Below, piece after piece: positions 26,953 through 35,598 of a stretch of 47,258 nt of DNA. The first letter of the stretch is position 1. Each line of letters starts with the position of its first letter. The stretch comes from Chlamydiota bacterium (GTDB lineage Bacteria > Auribacterota > Tritonobacteria > UBA1439): positions 1 through 47,258 of the forward strand of contig JBAXOY010000006.1 in assembly GCA_037133055.1 (NCBI GenBank), given 5' to 3'. A program made the position numbers and the translations under genes. The notes below the pieces were generated by a model. The model worked only from the letters and a program-made list of their open reading frames with translations, searched no databases and had not been told where the DNA came from.

Positions 26953-28257
26953 CTACATCTTCCCGCAGGGGCCGCACGAGGCCCTGCGGCGCTTCCGCGC
27001 GGCGAACTCCGGCGCCTCCCTGATGCAGGTCCCGAGGATGCCGAACGACCTCGCGAAGAGCTTCAGGCCCTGGCGGTTGAGCGTCGCGGGCGCCCCCCCC
27101 ACGTCGCGCCACCCCGGGGTCGAGAGGTCGTCCGGCGGGAGGGCGAGAGAATCCCAGTTGTTGAAAAGCCTTCCCCAGTCGCTTTGCAGAACCTCGCGGA
27201 TTATCCGCTGGTGGGTCGGGTACCAGAACGAGTCGTGGTAGAGCACGCTCGCGATGTAGGCCCACGGGGCGAGCACCGTCTTCAGGCTCCACTCGACCGG
27301 CCTCCGCAGCCGCCCCCAGTAGATCTTGTGCTGCATCCGGCTCGCGAACGTCATCCTGCTGAACGGCCCCACGAAGTGCCAGTTCTCCTCCGCCGCGTCC
27401 CGGTCCCCCGCGATCTCGATCTCACGCGGGTCGGCGCAGCCGAGCCCCGCGTCGTGCGCGAGGCGCAGAAACTTTATGTCGCGGCGCGGGTCGAATCCCA
27501 TCATCTTCGCGGCGACCGCGTCGATGGCGACCTGGTCGGCCGAGGCGAGTATGACGTTCTTCACGTGCGGCCGCATACAGCGGGGCCCCGGGCCGTCCCC
27601 GGCGAAGGCGCCGTCCATCACCGCGAAGAGGCCCCGGTGGATCTTCTTCTGGATCGCCAGCAGGTCAACGAGGGTCTCGTGGATGACGGGATGGGTCCAG
27701 TGGCGCCGCTCGTTCAGGAGGCCGCCGAAGGCGTTCTTCATCGCCCCCGTGGTGGTGGTGAAGACATGCGTCTTCACCGTGGGGAGGTGGATGATATTCT
27801 CGCCGAGAAAGCGGCGCGGGATCATGAACCCGCCGGGGTAGACGTCGTTGAGACAGAGAAAGCGTTTCGAGAGGTCGCCCACGGCGTCCCGCACGTTGAT
27901 CCACTCCTCGCCCTCGTACAGGTGGATGTTCCTCAGGCCGTGCGCCCGGATGACGCTCAACTGCTTGTTCTCGCGCTCGCCGAGGTGCGCGTCGATGACC
28001 ACGGTCCGGTTGTGACAGCCGTGGATGCGGGAGGGGTCGTAGCCGTCCCGCTTCATCGCCCGTATGACCCCGTCGAGCTGCCAGGGGGGAGTCGAGGAGG
28101 CCGGGAAAAAGAAGTGCCAACTGATGTTGATCTTCAGGGCGGTGTCGGCGTCCTGGGGGAGAAAGTCCCGGTACCCTGCGAGGTTCACGAGCCGGTGGTA
28201 GTCCTCGAGCACCGTCGCGGGAGAGGTGCGGAGCACGGCGACTTTCGACTTTTTCAT
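26953..28257 (-). CDS. DUF362-domain Fe-S-binding protein
   Basis: LKINISW, PTVKTH..TTTTGAMKN.FG, GDGPGP, DQVAIDAVAAKMMGFDP. Confidence 0.85.
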   Translation of the reverse strand: MKKSKVAVLRTSPATVLEDYHRLVNLAGYRDFLPQDADTALKINISWHFFFPASSTPPWQLDGVIRAMKRDGYDPSRIHGCHNRTVVIDAHLGERENKQLSVIRAHGLRNIHLYEGEEWINVRDAVGDLSKRFLCLNDVYPGGFMIPRRFLGENIIHLPTVKTHVFTTTTGAMKNAFGGLLNERRHWTHPVIHETLVDLLAIQKKIHRGLFAVMDGAFAGDGPGPRCMRPHVKNVILASADQVAIDAVAAKMMGFDPRRDIKFLRLAHDAGLGCADPREIEIAGDRDAAEENWHFVGPFSRMTFASRMQHKIYWGRLRRPVEWSLKTVLAPWAYIASVLYHDSFWYPTHQRIIREVLQSDWGRLFNNWDSLALPPDDLSTPGWRDVGGAPATLNRQGLKLFARSFGILGTCIREAPEFAARKRRRASCGPCGKM

Positions 28258-28284
28258 GGCGCCCACAGTGTAGCATACTTCCGC

Positions 28285-28430
28285 CGTAACCACTCAGGTA
28301 GCCAGAAGCCAGGAGCCAGAATCCAGAATGGATCGGAAGAAGCTTCCAGTGGCTTGCTGACCTCTTCGAGTAACTGTTCATTCCAACTTCTGACTCCTGA
28401 CTTCTGAATTCTGGCTCCTGAGCAGTTACA
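28285..28430. mobile_element. MITE-like element with YGTAAC(CA/TG)CTCAG terminal inverted repeats and internal 7-bp-period arms
   Basis: Left CGTAACCACTCAG, right CTGAGCAGTTACA; TTCCGC duplicated at 28279-28284 and 28431-28436; related end at 47180-47230. Confidence 0.75.
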
Positions 28431-28451
28431 TTCCGCCGCCGTTACCGCGTC

Positions 28452-28480
28452 TTGAGGAACGGGGCGCACTCGGGTATACT
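28452..28480 (+). promoter_or_regulatory. Putative hemL promoter (probably leaderless transcript)
   Basis: TTGAGG-17bp-TATACT ending 7 nt before ATG 28488; no Shine-Dalgarno. Confidence 0.5.
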
Positions 28481-28487
28481 CAATCCC

Positions 28488-29768
28488 ATGGCCGACCGGC
28501 ACGATTCCCCATGGCGGCGCGCCCTCCGGGTCATCCCCGGCGGGGTGAACTCGCCCGTCCGCGCCTTCACGGCGGTCGGCGGCGAGCCCTTCTTCGCCGC
28601 ATCGGCGCGCGGGTCGCGGCTCCGCGCGACGGACGGGCGGGAGCTCATCGACTACGTCTGCTCCTGGGGCCCCCTCATTCTCGGCCACGCGCACCCGGTC
28701 GTGCTCGCCGCCGTCGAGGAGGCGCTCGGGAAGGGGACGACGTACGGCGCTCCGACGCCGGGCGAGACGGCGCTCGCGGAGATGATCTGCGGCGCACTCC
28801 CCTCGATCGAGCAGGTGCGCCTCACGAGCTCAGGAACCGAGGCGGCGATGGCGGCGGTGAGGCTCGCCCGCGCCTTCACCGGCAGGACGCGCATCGTCAA
28901 GTTCTCCGGCTGCTACCACGGCCACGCGGACGGTCTCCTCGTGAGGGCCGGGTCGGGCGCCGCCACCTTCGGCATCCCCGACAGCGCGGGCGTGCCCCCC
29001 TCCTTCGCGCGCGAAACCATCCCGCTTCCCTATAACGATCTTTCCGCCGTGGACGCCCTGATGCGGAGGGGGGGCGATTCCATCGCCTGCGTCATCGTGG
29101 AGCCGGTCGCAGGCAACATGGGCGTCGTGCCGCCGCGCGAGGGGTTTCTCGAGGGCCTGCGCGCGCTCACGCGCGCGCACGGGGCGCTCCTCGTCTTCGA
29201 CGAAGTGATCACCGGTTTCAGGGTTTCTTACGGCGGGGCGCAGGGGTTCTACGGCGTGACGCCCGATCTCACGGTGCTCGGAAAGATCATCGGGGGCGGA
29301 CTGCCGATGGGGGCGTTCGGCGGACGCAGGGAGATCATGAAGCTCCTCGCGCCCCTCGGCCCGGCCTACCAGGCGGGAACGCTTTCGGGGAATCCGCTCG
29401 CCGTCGCGGCGGGTATCGCGACCCTCGTGCTCCTCGCGGGGGGAAAGGCATACCCCGCACTCGAAAAGAAGGCGCGTCGGATCGAGGACGGGCTCAGGGA
29501 TGCGTGCGGACGCGCAGGCGTTCCGTGCTTCGTCTCCCGCGCGGCCTCGATGCTCACGCTCTTCTTCTGCGAGGGGCCGGTCACGGACTGGGAATCGGCG
29601 CAGCGCGCCGACCGCGCCCGCTACGGGCGCTTTTTCCACGCAATGCTGGACCGCGGGGTCTTCCTCCCCCCGTCGCAGTTCGAGGCGATGTTCCTCTCCG
29701 CGGCGCACACGGACCGGGAGATCGACCTGACCCTCGCCGCCGCGCGGGAAGCCGTCAAGAACCCGTAG
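28488..29768 (+). CDS. hemL: Glutamate-1-semialdehyde 2,1-aminomutase
   Basis: PGGVNSPVRAF, SGTEA, YHGH, FDEVITGFR, GKIIGGG, QAGTLSGNP, SQFE. Confidence 0.97.
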   Translation: MADRHDSPWRRALRVIPGGVNSPVRAFTAVGGEPFFAASARGSRLRATDGRELIDYVCSWGPLILGHAHPVVLAAVEEALGKGTTYGAPTPGETALAEMICGALPSIEQVRLTSSGTEAAMAAVRLARAFTGRTRIVKFSGCYHGHADGLLVRAGSGAATFGIPDSAGVPPSFARETIPLPYNDLSAVDALMRRGGDSIACVIVEPVAGNMGVVPPREGFLEGLRALTRAHGALLVFDEVITGFRVSYGGAQGFYGVTPDLTVLGKIIGGGLPMGAFGGRREIMKLLAPLGPAYQAGTLSGNPLAVAAGIATLVLLAGGKAYPALEKKARRIEDGLRDACGRAGVPCFVSRAASMLTLFFCEGPVTDWESAQRADRARYGRFFHAMLDRGVFLPPSQFEAMFLSAAHTDREIDLTLAAAREAVKNP

Positions 29769-30213
29769 GGGAGCCCCGCCTCCGCCTCCAGGCCGTAACC
29801 GCCGCGGTCACCGCGAGCGTGATCGGCAGGAAGAAGAGCGCCTGCTCCGGCCAGAAGATCCCGATGCATCCCGACCGCCTCGAAAACGGGAAGAGCCACA
29901 GGTACTCCGGCCCGACCTGTTTCTGGAGCGCGTCGAACGCGAGATGCAGCGCGACGCCCGCGAGGAGGCAGGCGAAGGCCGCCCGCCTGAGCGCGGGGAC
30001 GAAGAGGAGGGCGATGAGCGCGCAGTAGAGAACGCACACAGCCGGCGAGTGGAGCGGCTGGACGAACGGGTAGGAGGCGGGGAAAAGGATGTGCACGGGG
30101 CGCGAGAGGATATCCGGGAGCATCACCCCGAGGGCGAAAAGGGGGAAACACCTGCCGAAGAGCCCGCGCCGGGCAAGCTGCGCGGAGCAGAGATGCGTCA
30201 CGAGGTCGGGCAT
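29755..30213 (-). CDS. Membrane-bound metal-dependent hydrolase (YdjM-like)
   Basis: TH near the N-terminus, LPD, HS, HLAFD, LFPFS. Confidence 0.75.
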   Translation of the reverse strand: MPDLVTHLCSAQLARRGLFGRCFPLFALGVMLPDILSRPVHILFPASYPFVQPLHSPAVCVLYCALIALLFVPALRRAAFACLLAGVALHLAFDALQKQVGPEYLWLFPFSRRSGCIGIFWPEQALFFLPITLAVTAAVTAWRRRRGSPTGS

Positions 30214-30285
30214 GGCGGCATTCTCAATAATGGCAAAATCCGAATGACAATCGAATAACCCGCTATCCGAATAAACGTCAATCTC

Positions 30286-30426
30286 TTTTGGACGCAGATT
30301 ACGCAGAGCACGCAGATACAACAGTCAAAACACCTCAATTGTTGGCACGTATAACTACTGGTGTCGCTGAAGAAACAAGAACCTTATTTTCCTCAATCTG
30401 CGTTCATCAGCGTCCATCTGCGTCCC
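30286..30426. repeat. Copy of the 9-10-bp-period inverted-repeat element
   Basis: GGACGCAGATTACGCAGAGCACGCAGATAC ... ATCTGCGTTCATCAGCGTCCATCTGCGTCCC. Confidence 0.82.
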
Positions 30427-30442
30427 GAATGCCGTTTCTCAG

Positions 30443-30508
30443 TTACGCCCACACGCCCTTACGCCCTCACGCCGACACGTTTGTTTACTCCGTGTCTCCG
30501 TGGTGAAA
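30443..30508. repeat. 8-bp-period (TTACGCCC/ACACGCCC) and 9-bp-period (CTCCGTGTCTCCGTGGTG) short repeats
   Basis: Directly visible next to the previous element. Confidence 0.6.
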
Positions 30509-30523
30509 ATCATCGGCTTCTTT

Positions 30524-31549
30524 TCACTTCTTTTTTTCCGCCGCGTGCCCGGCCGAGGACCGGACGCGCAGCTCGCCGTTCTCCTCGCTCACGAGGATGC
30601 ACTCCGTGCGCGGCATTCTCTCCACGAGCCGGAGCGCTTCCTTCGCCCCCATGACGACCAGCGCCGTGCCGAGCGCGTCAGCGTTGATGCACGAGTCAGC
30701 GATGACGGTCGCGCTCACGACGCCGCGCTCCGCGGGCCTTCCGGTGCGCGGGTCGAAGATGTGGCTGTAGCGCTTACCGTCCTGGATGAAGTAGTCCTCG
30801 TAATCACCCGAGGTGGCAACCGCCCTGTCGGAGAGGCTGAGCACCGTGAGCACCCCCTGCCCGCGCGGGTGGCGGATCCCCACCCGCCACGGCTCTCCGC
30901 GCGCTCCCAGCCCGAGGCAGTAGACGTCGCCCCCGATGTCCACGAGCGCCCCGCGCACCCCCCCGGCCCTGAGAATTTCCACCGCGCGGTCCACCGCGTA
31001 CCCCGCGGCGATTCCGCCCAGGTCCACGCGCGTCCCCCGTCGCGGAAACCGCACGAGGCGGCGGCCCGCCTCCGTCCTCATCGCGACATCGCTTCCGCCG
31101 CGGACCGGGAGCGCAGGGGAGCCCGGTCCGGGGACCTTGCGCCCCCTGCCGGTCTTGAACCCCCATGCCTCCTCCGCGGGGAGCACGCACACGTTGAACG
31201 CCCCGCCGGTCAGGCGCGCGAACTCGGCGGCGCGGCCGAGCACCTCGAAGGTGCGGGGGTCGACCGCGACCTCCCCTGATCCGCCGCCGCGATTGAGCCT
31301 CCCTATGTCGCTCTCCGCGCGGTAAATGCTCATCAGCCGCTCGATCTCGGCGATCTCCGCGAGCGCCCTCCCCGCGGCGCTCCCCGATTTCCCGGTGATC
31401 CTCTCGATCGGGGTCCCCACGACCGTGAGGGTCGCGCGCGTCCCCATGGCGGGCGCCTCGTAGCGCCACTCCCGTGGCCTGACAAGCCAGGTGAGACACG
31501 CCGCGGCCAGCGCGGCGGCGAGAAGCGCGACGCCCGCGCGCCAGGTCAT
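30524..31549 (-). CDS. apbE: FAD:protein FMN transferase
   Basis: AMGT, SDI.RLN, DLGGIA.GYAVD, GGD, ATSGDYE, HIFDPRTG, AD...T. Confidence 0.93.
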   Translation of the reverse strand: MTWRAGVALLAAALAAACLTWLVRPREWRYEAPAMGTRATLTVVGTPIERITGKSGSAAGRALAEIAEIERLMSIYRAESDIGRLNRGGGSGEVAVDPRTFEVLGRAAEFARLTGGAFNVCVLPAEEAWGFKTGRGRKVPGPGSPALPVRGGSDVAMRTEAGRRLVRFPRRGTRVDLGGIAAGYAVDRAVEILRAGGVRGALVDIGGDVYCLGLGARGEPWRVGIRHPRGQGVLTVLSLSDRAVATSGDYEDYFIQDGKRYSHIFDPRTGRPAERGVVSATVIADSCINADALGTALVVMGAKEALRLVERMPRTECILVSEENGELRVRSSAGHAAEKKK

Positions 31550-31656
31550 GGCCGCGCCCCGCGGTCGAGTTGCATGTTGGCTGCCCCTGTCCGACGTGCT
31601 AGAATCGTACCGTTCGCGCGCGTACACGCACACGGCAGGGATACCCCGTACACGGC

Positions 31657-32874
31657 ATGATCAGCATAGAAGAAGCGCTGCGTCATATCCTCGATACTAT
31701 CACAGAGGGCCCCGCGACAGTAGCGGAGATCCGCGACGCCCTCGGCCTCGTCCTCGCCCGCGACGCGCGGTCCCGCTGCGACGTGCCCGCGTTCGCGAAC
31801 TCCGCCATGGACGGGTACGCCGTGCGGAGCGCCGACACCCTCGGCGCGTCCCCCCGCCGCCCGGTCGAGCTCCGTGTCATCGAGACCGTCCCGGCGGGAA
31901 GCTCCCCGACGCGGCGCGTCGGTCCGGGGCAGGCGAGCGCGGTCATGACGGGCGCACCCATGCCGCGGGGCGCCGATTCCGTCCTCATCGTGGAGGCGAC
32001 CGCGCGGCGCGGCGGCAGCGTGCGGTGCCTGGCAGAGGCGCGCGCCGGGGAGCACATCAGGCGGGCGGGGGAGGACGTGCGGCGCGGAACGCTGGTCCTC
32101 CCCCGGGGGACGGTGATCAGGCCGCCGGAGATGGGCATGCTCGCCGCGGTCGGGATAACGCGCGCGCGCGTCATCCGCCGGCCGCGCGTCGCGCTCCTCT
32201 CGACAGGGAGCGAGCTGGTCGACGCCGCGCGCCGCCCGCGCCGGGGGCAGGTCCGCGACTGCAACCGCGTCTCGCTCCACGGGCTCGTCGTGAAATACGG
32301 CGCCGTCCCGGTGGACTTCGGGATCGCCGGCGACGACGCCCGCGGGCTTCGCCGCAGGCTGCGCGCTACCGCCTCGTGCGACCTCGTCCTCACCTCGGGC
32401 GGCGTCTCCGTCGGGGAGTACGACCTGGTGCGGCGCGCGCTCGCGGAGCTCGGGGCGGAGATGATATTCTGGCGCGTCAGGATGAAGCCGGGGAAACCGG
32501 TCGCGTTCGGCCTCCTCGGGGGAACCCCGATCTTCGGGCTCCCCGGGAACCCGGTCTCGGCGATCGTGTCGTTCGAGATCTTCGTCCGCCCCGCGATCCT
32601 CGCGATGATGGGGCGCGCGAGGCTCGCGAAACCGGTGATCACGGCGATCCTCGGGGAGAGGATCGAAAAGCCGGCGGACCGGGTGCACCTCGTCCGGGCC
32701 CGGATCAGGAGGCGCGGGGGGGTCTCTGTCGCGGTTCCGACGGGGCCCCAGGGATCCGCCATCCTCCGGTCGCTGACACGTGCGGACGGGCTCATCGTGG
32801 TGCCGGCGCGCACGACCGTCGTGGAGGCGGGCTCGCCGGTGCGGGTGATGATGCTCGACTGGCCGGAGGTCTGA
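31657..32874 (+). CDS. moeA: Molybdopterin molybdenumtransferase
   Basis: PAFANSAMDGYA, TGA, STGSEL, SGGVSVG..D, MKPGKP, LPGNPVS. Confidence 0.96.
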   Translation: MISIEEALRHILDTITEGPATVAEIRDALGLVLARDARSRCDVPAFANSAMDGYAVRSADTLGASPRRPVELRVIETVPAGSSPTRRVGPGQASAVMTGAPMPRGADSVLIVEATARRGGSVRCLAEARAGEHIRRAGEDVRRGTLVLPRGTVIRPPEMGMLAAVGITRARVIRRPRVALLSTGSELVDAARRPRRGQVRDCNRVSLHGLVVKYGAVPVDFGIAGDDARGLRRRLRATASCDLVLTSGGVSVGEYDLVRRALAELGAEMIFWRVRMKPGKPVAFGLLGGTPIFGLPGNPVSAIVSFEIFVRPAILAMMGRARLAKPVITAILGERIEKPADRVHLVRARIRRRGGVSVAVPTGPQGSAILRSLTRADGLIVVPARTTVVEAGSPVRVMMLDWPEV

Positions 32875-32902
32875 ATATCCACCGGCATATTCAGGGTACA
32901 AG

Positions 32903-33002
32903 GCTTCAACGCCGGGACGCAGATTTTCAGGATCGTCAGGATAGACAGGCTTACGGAGATATATCTGCGGAAATCCTGACGATCTGCGTTCATCTGCGTG
33001 CC
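32903..33002. repeat. Copy of the 9-10-bp-period inverted-repeat element, opposite orientation
   Basis: GCTTCAACGCCGGGACGCAGAT is the exact reverse complement of 14770-14791; right arm ATCCTGACGATCTGCGTTCATCTGCG. Confidence 0.85.
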
Positions 33003-33045
33003 GACGTGGATGTGTTTTTTGCAACCGGTAAAGAGGCTATCGACC

Positions 33046-33222
33046 ATGTTCGATATCGGCGGTCCCGAGCTCGTCGTCATCTTCCTCGTCGCGCTCCTTG
33101 TCCTGGGGCCGAAGCGCATTCCCGAGGTCGCCCGGTTCCTCTCGCGCATCACCCGGGAGATCCGCAAGGCCGTCGAGGATATCACGCACGATCTGAACGA
33201 CCGCGACGATTTCAAGGACTGA
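33046..33222 (+). CDS. Twin-arginine translocase TatA/TatB-family subunit
   Basis: MFDIGGPELVVIFLVALLVLGPKRIPE. Confidence 0.9.
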   Translation: MFDIGGPELVVIFLVALLVLGPKRIPEVARFLSRITREIRKAVEDITHDLNDRDDFKD

Positions 33223-33236
33223 GCGGGGAGGGGGCG

Positions 33237-35564
33237 ATGGCACAGCGCATCTCCAGGATCATCCGCGCGGGGATCCTCATCATCCTTTTCGCCGTTCCCC
33301 TCATCTATTCGAGCCGGCTGCAGAACTCGTTCGGGCTCCCGAAGCAGGTCTTCCTCCAGTCGGCCGTGGCCGTGCTGCTCCTCTTCTTCGGCACGCAGAT
33401 AGCCCTCGACCCGCGGCGGCTCGCCGCCCGGTCCACCCCGGCCGACCTCCCGCTCCTCGCCATGCTTGCCTGGCTCTCGCTCGCGAGCGTCTTCTCCATC
33501 GACCGGGCGGAGAGCATGCGCGAGCTCGTCTACGCCGCCTCTCTCGCCGGGTTTTTCTTTCTCGTCACCCGGAACGTCGAGACCCGCGGACAGGCCCTCG
33601 CCCTCATCGGGGTCGTCGTCGCGATGGGGGTCGCGGAGTCCGCCTACGGCATCGCGGAGCGCCTCGGGGCGAAGCTCCTCTACGAGGCCCGCGTAAAGGA
33701 GTCCGTCCCCTCCTTCGATATCTCGGCATGGCGATGGGATATCCTCGGCACCTTCGGCAATCCGAACCACCTGGCGAGCTATTGCGCTTTCATCAGCCCG
33801 CTTCTCCTCGCATGCATGGCCTCTCTCACCGCGCGTTTCTTCCTCGCCATGCGGAACGTTAAGACCCGCGGGCAGGCCGCCGCCCTCGCCGGGGTCGTTG
33901 CCGGGGTCGCCGCCGCGCTCGCGGGGCTCATCCTCGTCCTGGCATGCCTTATCCTCACCGGCGCGCGCGGCTCGTGGGTCGCCGCGGCGGCGGGCCTCCT
34001 CATGCCGCTCGCATGGGCGCTCAAGCGGGGGGCCCGCTCCGTCCTCGGCCTCGCCGCGGCCGCCGCGCTCCTCCTCGCACTGGCGCTCGTCGTCGTCTGC
34101 GTGCTCCATCCCGGGACCGCCGCCAATCTCGCCGCGCGCATCACCGGATCATTCACCGACTCGACCGGCTCGATGAGCTACCGGATGCTTGGCTGGAAAC
34201 TCTCCCTGCGCATGATCGCGAACCGCCCGCTTCTCGGCAGCGGGCCGGGGACATTCAGGATCCTCTTCCTCCCGACACTCGCCGATTCCCTCGCGGGCCG
34301 CGACCCCCTCTCGCACTACTTTCTCACCGAGAAAATGAACGAGGCGCACAACGAGTTCCTCCAGGCGGCGGTCGACACCGGGCTCCCGGGGCTCGCCCTC
34401 CTCCTGTTCACGCTCGCCTGCATCTTCCGCGGCCTCCTGAGGCGCCTGCGCGGGGCGGACCTCGCGGACGGCTTTTTCATCATGGGGGCGATCGCCGCCC
34501 TCGCGGCGGTGCTCATCGACGCCGCCACTTCGATCCCGTTTCATATCGTCCCGACCTGCGTCGCGTTCTGGGCGGTCGCCGGCGCCCTTCTCGCGTGGCG
34601 CCCGGGCCCCGCCGCCGAAGCGCCCGCCCGAGAGGGCCTTGCCGCGCCCGCGGCCGGGACGCCGGGACCCGCGTGGCCCTGGGCCGTCGCGGCCTACCTC
34701 GCCGTCTTCTCCGCGGTGTCGCTGGTCCAGAGCTATCGCGAGCTGGTCTTTGACTACTACTTCAAGATGGCGACCACCATGAACTTCCTCCAACGGATGC
34801 CGGACGCGGTGCCCTGGTTCCGGAAGGCCCTCGCCGTCAATCCCGCGTCCGGGCAGCTCAGGTTTTACTACGGCTCGACCCTCGTCCAGCTCGGCCGCTA
34901 CGCTGAGGGGGCCGCGCTCCTCGAGGAGAGCAAGAAAAACTTCCAGGACATCTACCTCTTCAAGAACCTCGGGATCGCCTACGAGCGAATGGGCAGGATC
35001 GACGAGGCGGTCGCGCAGTACGCGCGATGGCGGGAGATGGGCATCGCCTCGCACGAGGCGAACAACCTCATCGGGTTCGTCCGGCTGCGCCAGGGCAGGA
35101 CCCGCGAGGCCGGGGAGGCGTTCAAGGAGACGCTGCGGGTGCGCGCCTGGGACATGACGGCGTTTTCGAGCCTCGCCACCATCCTGATCGACTCCGGGCG
35201 CTACGGGGAGGCGATCGCCACCCTGAATCCCGACCCTCTCTGGAAGACCCCCGACGCCTATGCGATCTACGGCGTCGCGCTTCTCAAGGCCGGGCGCATC
35301 GAAGAGGCGAGGGCGAAGTTTTTACGGACCCTCGAGCTGAACCCGCGCTCCGTCAAGGCGCACAACAACCTCGGCGCCCTCTGCTACATGCGGGGGGACC
35401 CGGGCGGGGCGATCCGCGAGTGGGAAGAGGTGCTGAGGATCGAGCCGGGGAACGCCATCGCGCGGAAAAACGCCGAGACCGCACGGAAGAAGCTAGCGGA
35501 GAAGCCCGCCGCGGAGTCGCCGTGGCCGTTCCTTGCCGCGAAAAAACCCGTGGGCCCACACTGA
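33237..35564 (+). CDS. O-antigen ligase (Wzy_C)-family membrane protein with C-terminal TPRs (possible O-oligosaccharyltransferase)
   Basis: GTFGNPN, TGARG, R...W, P..GSGPG.F, AHNEFLQ; TPR repeats; the upstream 31491 extension is spurious. Confidence 0.88.
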   Translation: MAQRISRIIRAGILIILFAVPLIYSSRLQNSFGLPKQVFLQSAVAVLLLFFGTQIALDPRRLAARSTPADLPLLAMLAWLSLASVFSIDRAESMRELVYAASLAGFFFLVTRNVETRGQALALIGVVVAMGVAESAYGIAERLGAKLLYEARVKESVPSFDISAWRWDILGTFGNPNHLASYCAFISPLLLACMASLTARFFLAMRNVKTRGQAAALAGVVAGVAAALAGLILVLACLILTGARGSWVAAAAGLLMPLAWALKRGARSVLGLAAAAALLLALALVVVCVLHPGTAANLAARITGSFTDSTGSMSYRMLGWKLSLRMIANRPLLGSGPGTFRILFLPTLADSLAGRDPLSHYFLTEKMNEAHNEFLQAAVDTGLPGLALLLFTLACIFRGLLRRLRGADLADGFFIMGAIAALAAVLIDAATSIPFHIVPTCVAFWAVAGALLAWRPGPAAEAPAREGLAAPAAGTPGPAWPWAVAAYLAVFSAVSLVQSYRELVFDYYFKMATTMNFLQRMPDAVPWFRKALAVNPASGQLRFYYGSTLVQLGRYAEGAALLEESKKNFQDIYLFKNLGIAYERMGRIDEAVAQYARWREMGIASHEANNLIGFVRLRQGRTREAGEAFKETLRVRAWDMTAFSSLATILIDSGRYGEAIATLNPDPLWKTPDAYAIYGVALLKAGRIEEARAKFLRTLELNPRSVKAHNNLGALCYMRGDPGGAIREWEEVLRIEPGNAIARKNAETARKKLAEKPAAESPWPFLAAKKPVGPH

Positions 35565-35598
35565 CCGCGCACCACTCCGTGCGGCGTGTCTTCACCCT

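Noticed and set aside
30342..30358. Second sigma54 promoter (TTGGCACGTATAA, 13 bp identical to the comEA site)
   Set aside because: It lacks the -12 GC, lies in a repeat loop, and has no + strand gene downstream
31491..33236. 1357-aa ORF as a single giant protein
   Set aside because: The N-terminal part is an off-frame shadow of moeA, a repeat and tatA/B; the real gene starts at 33237
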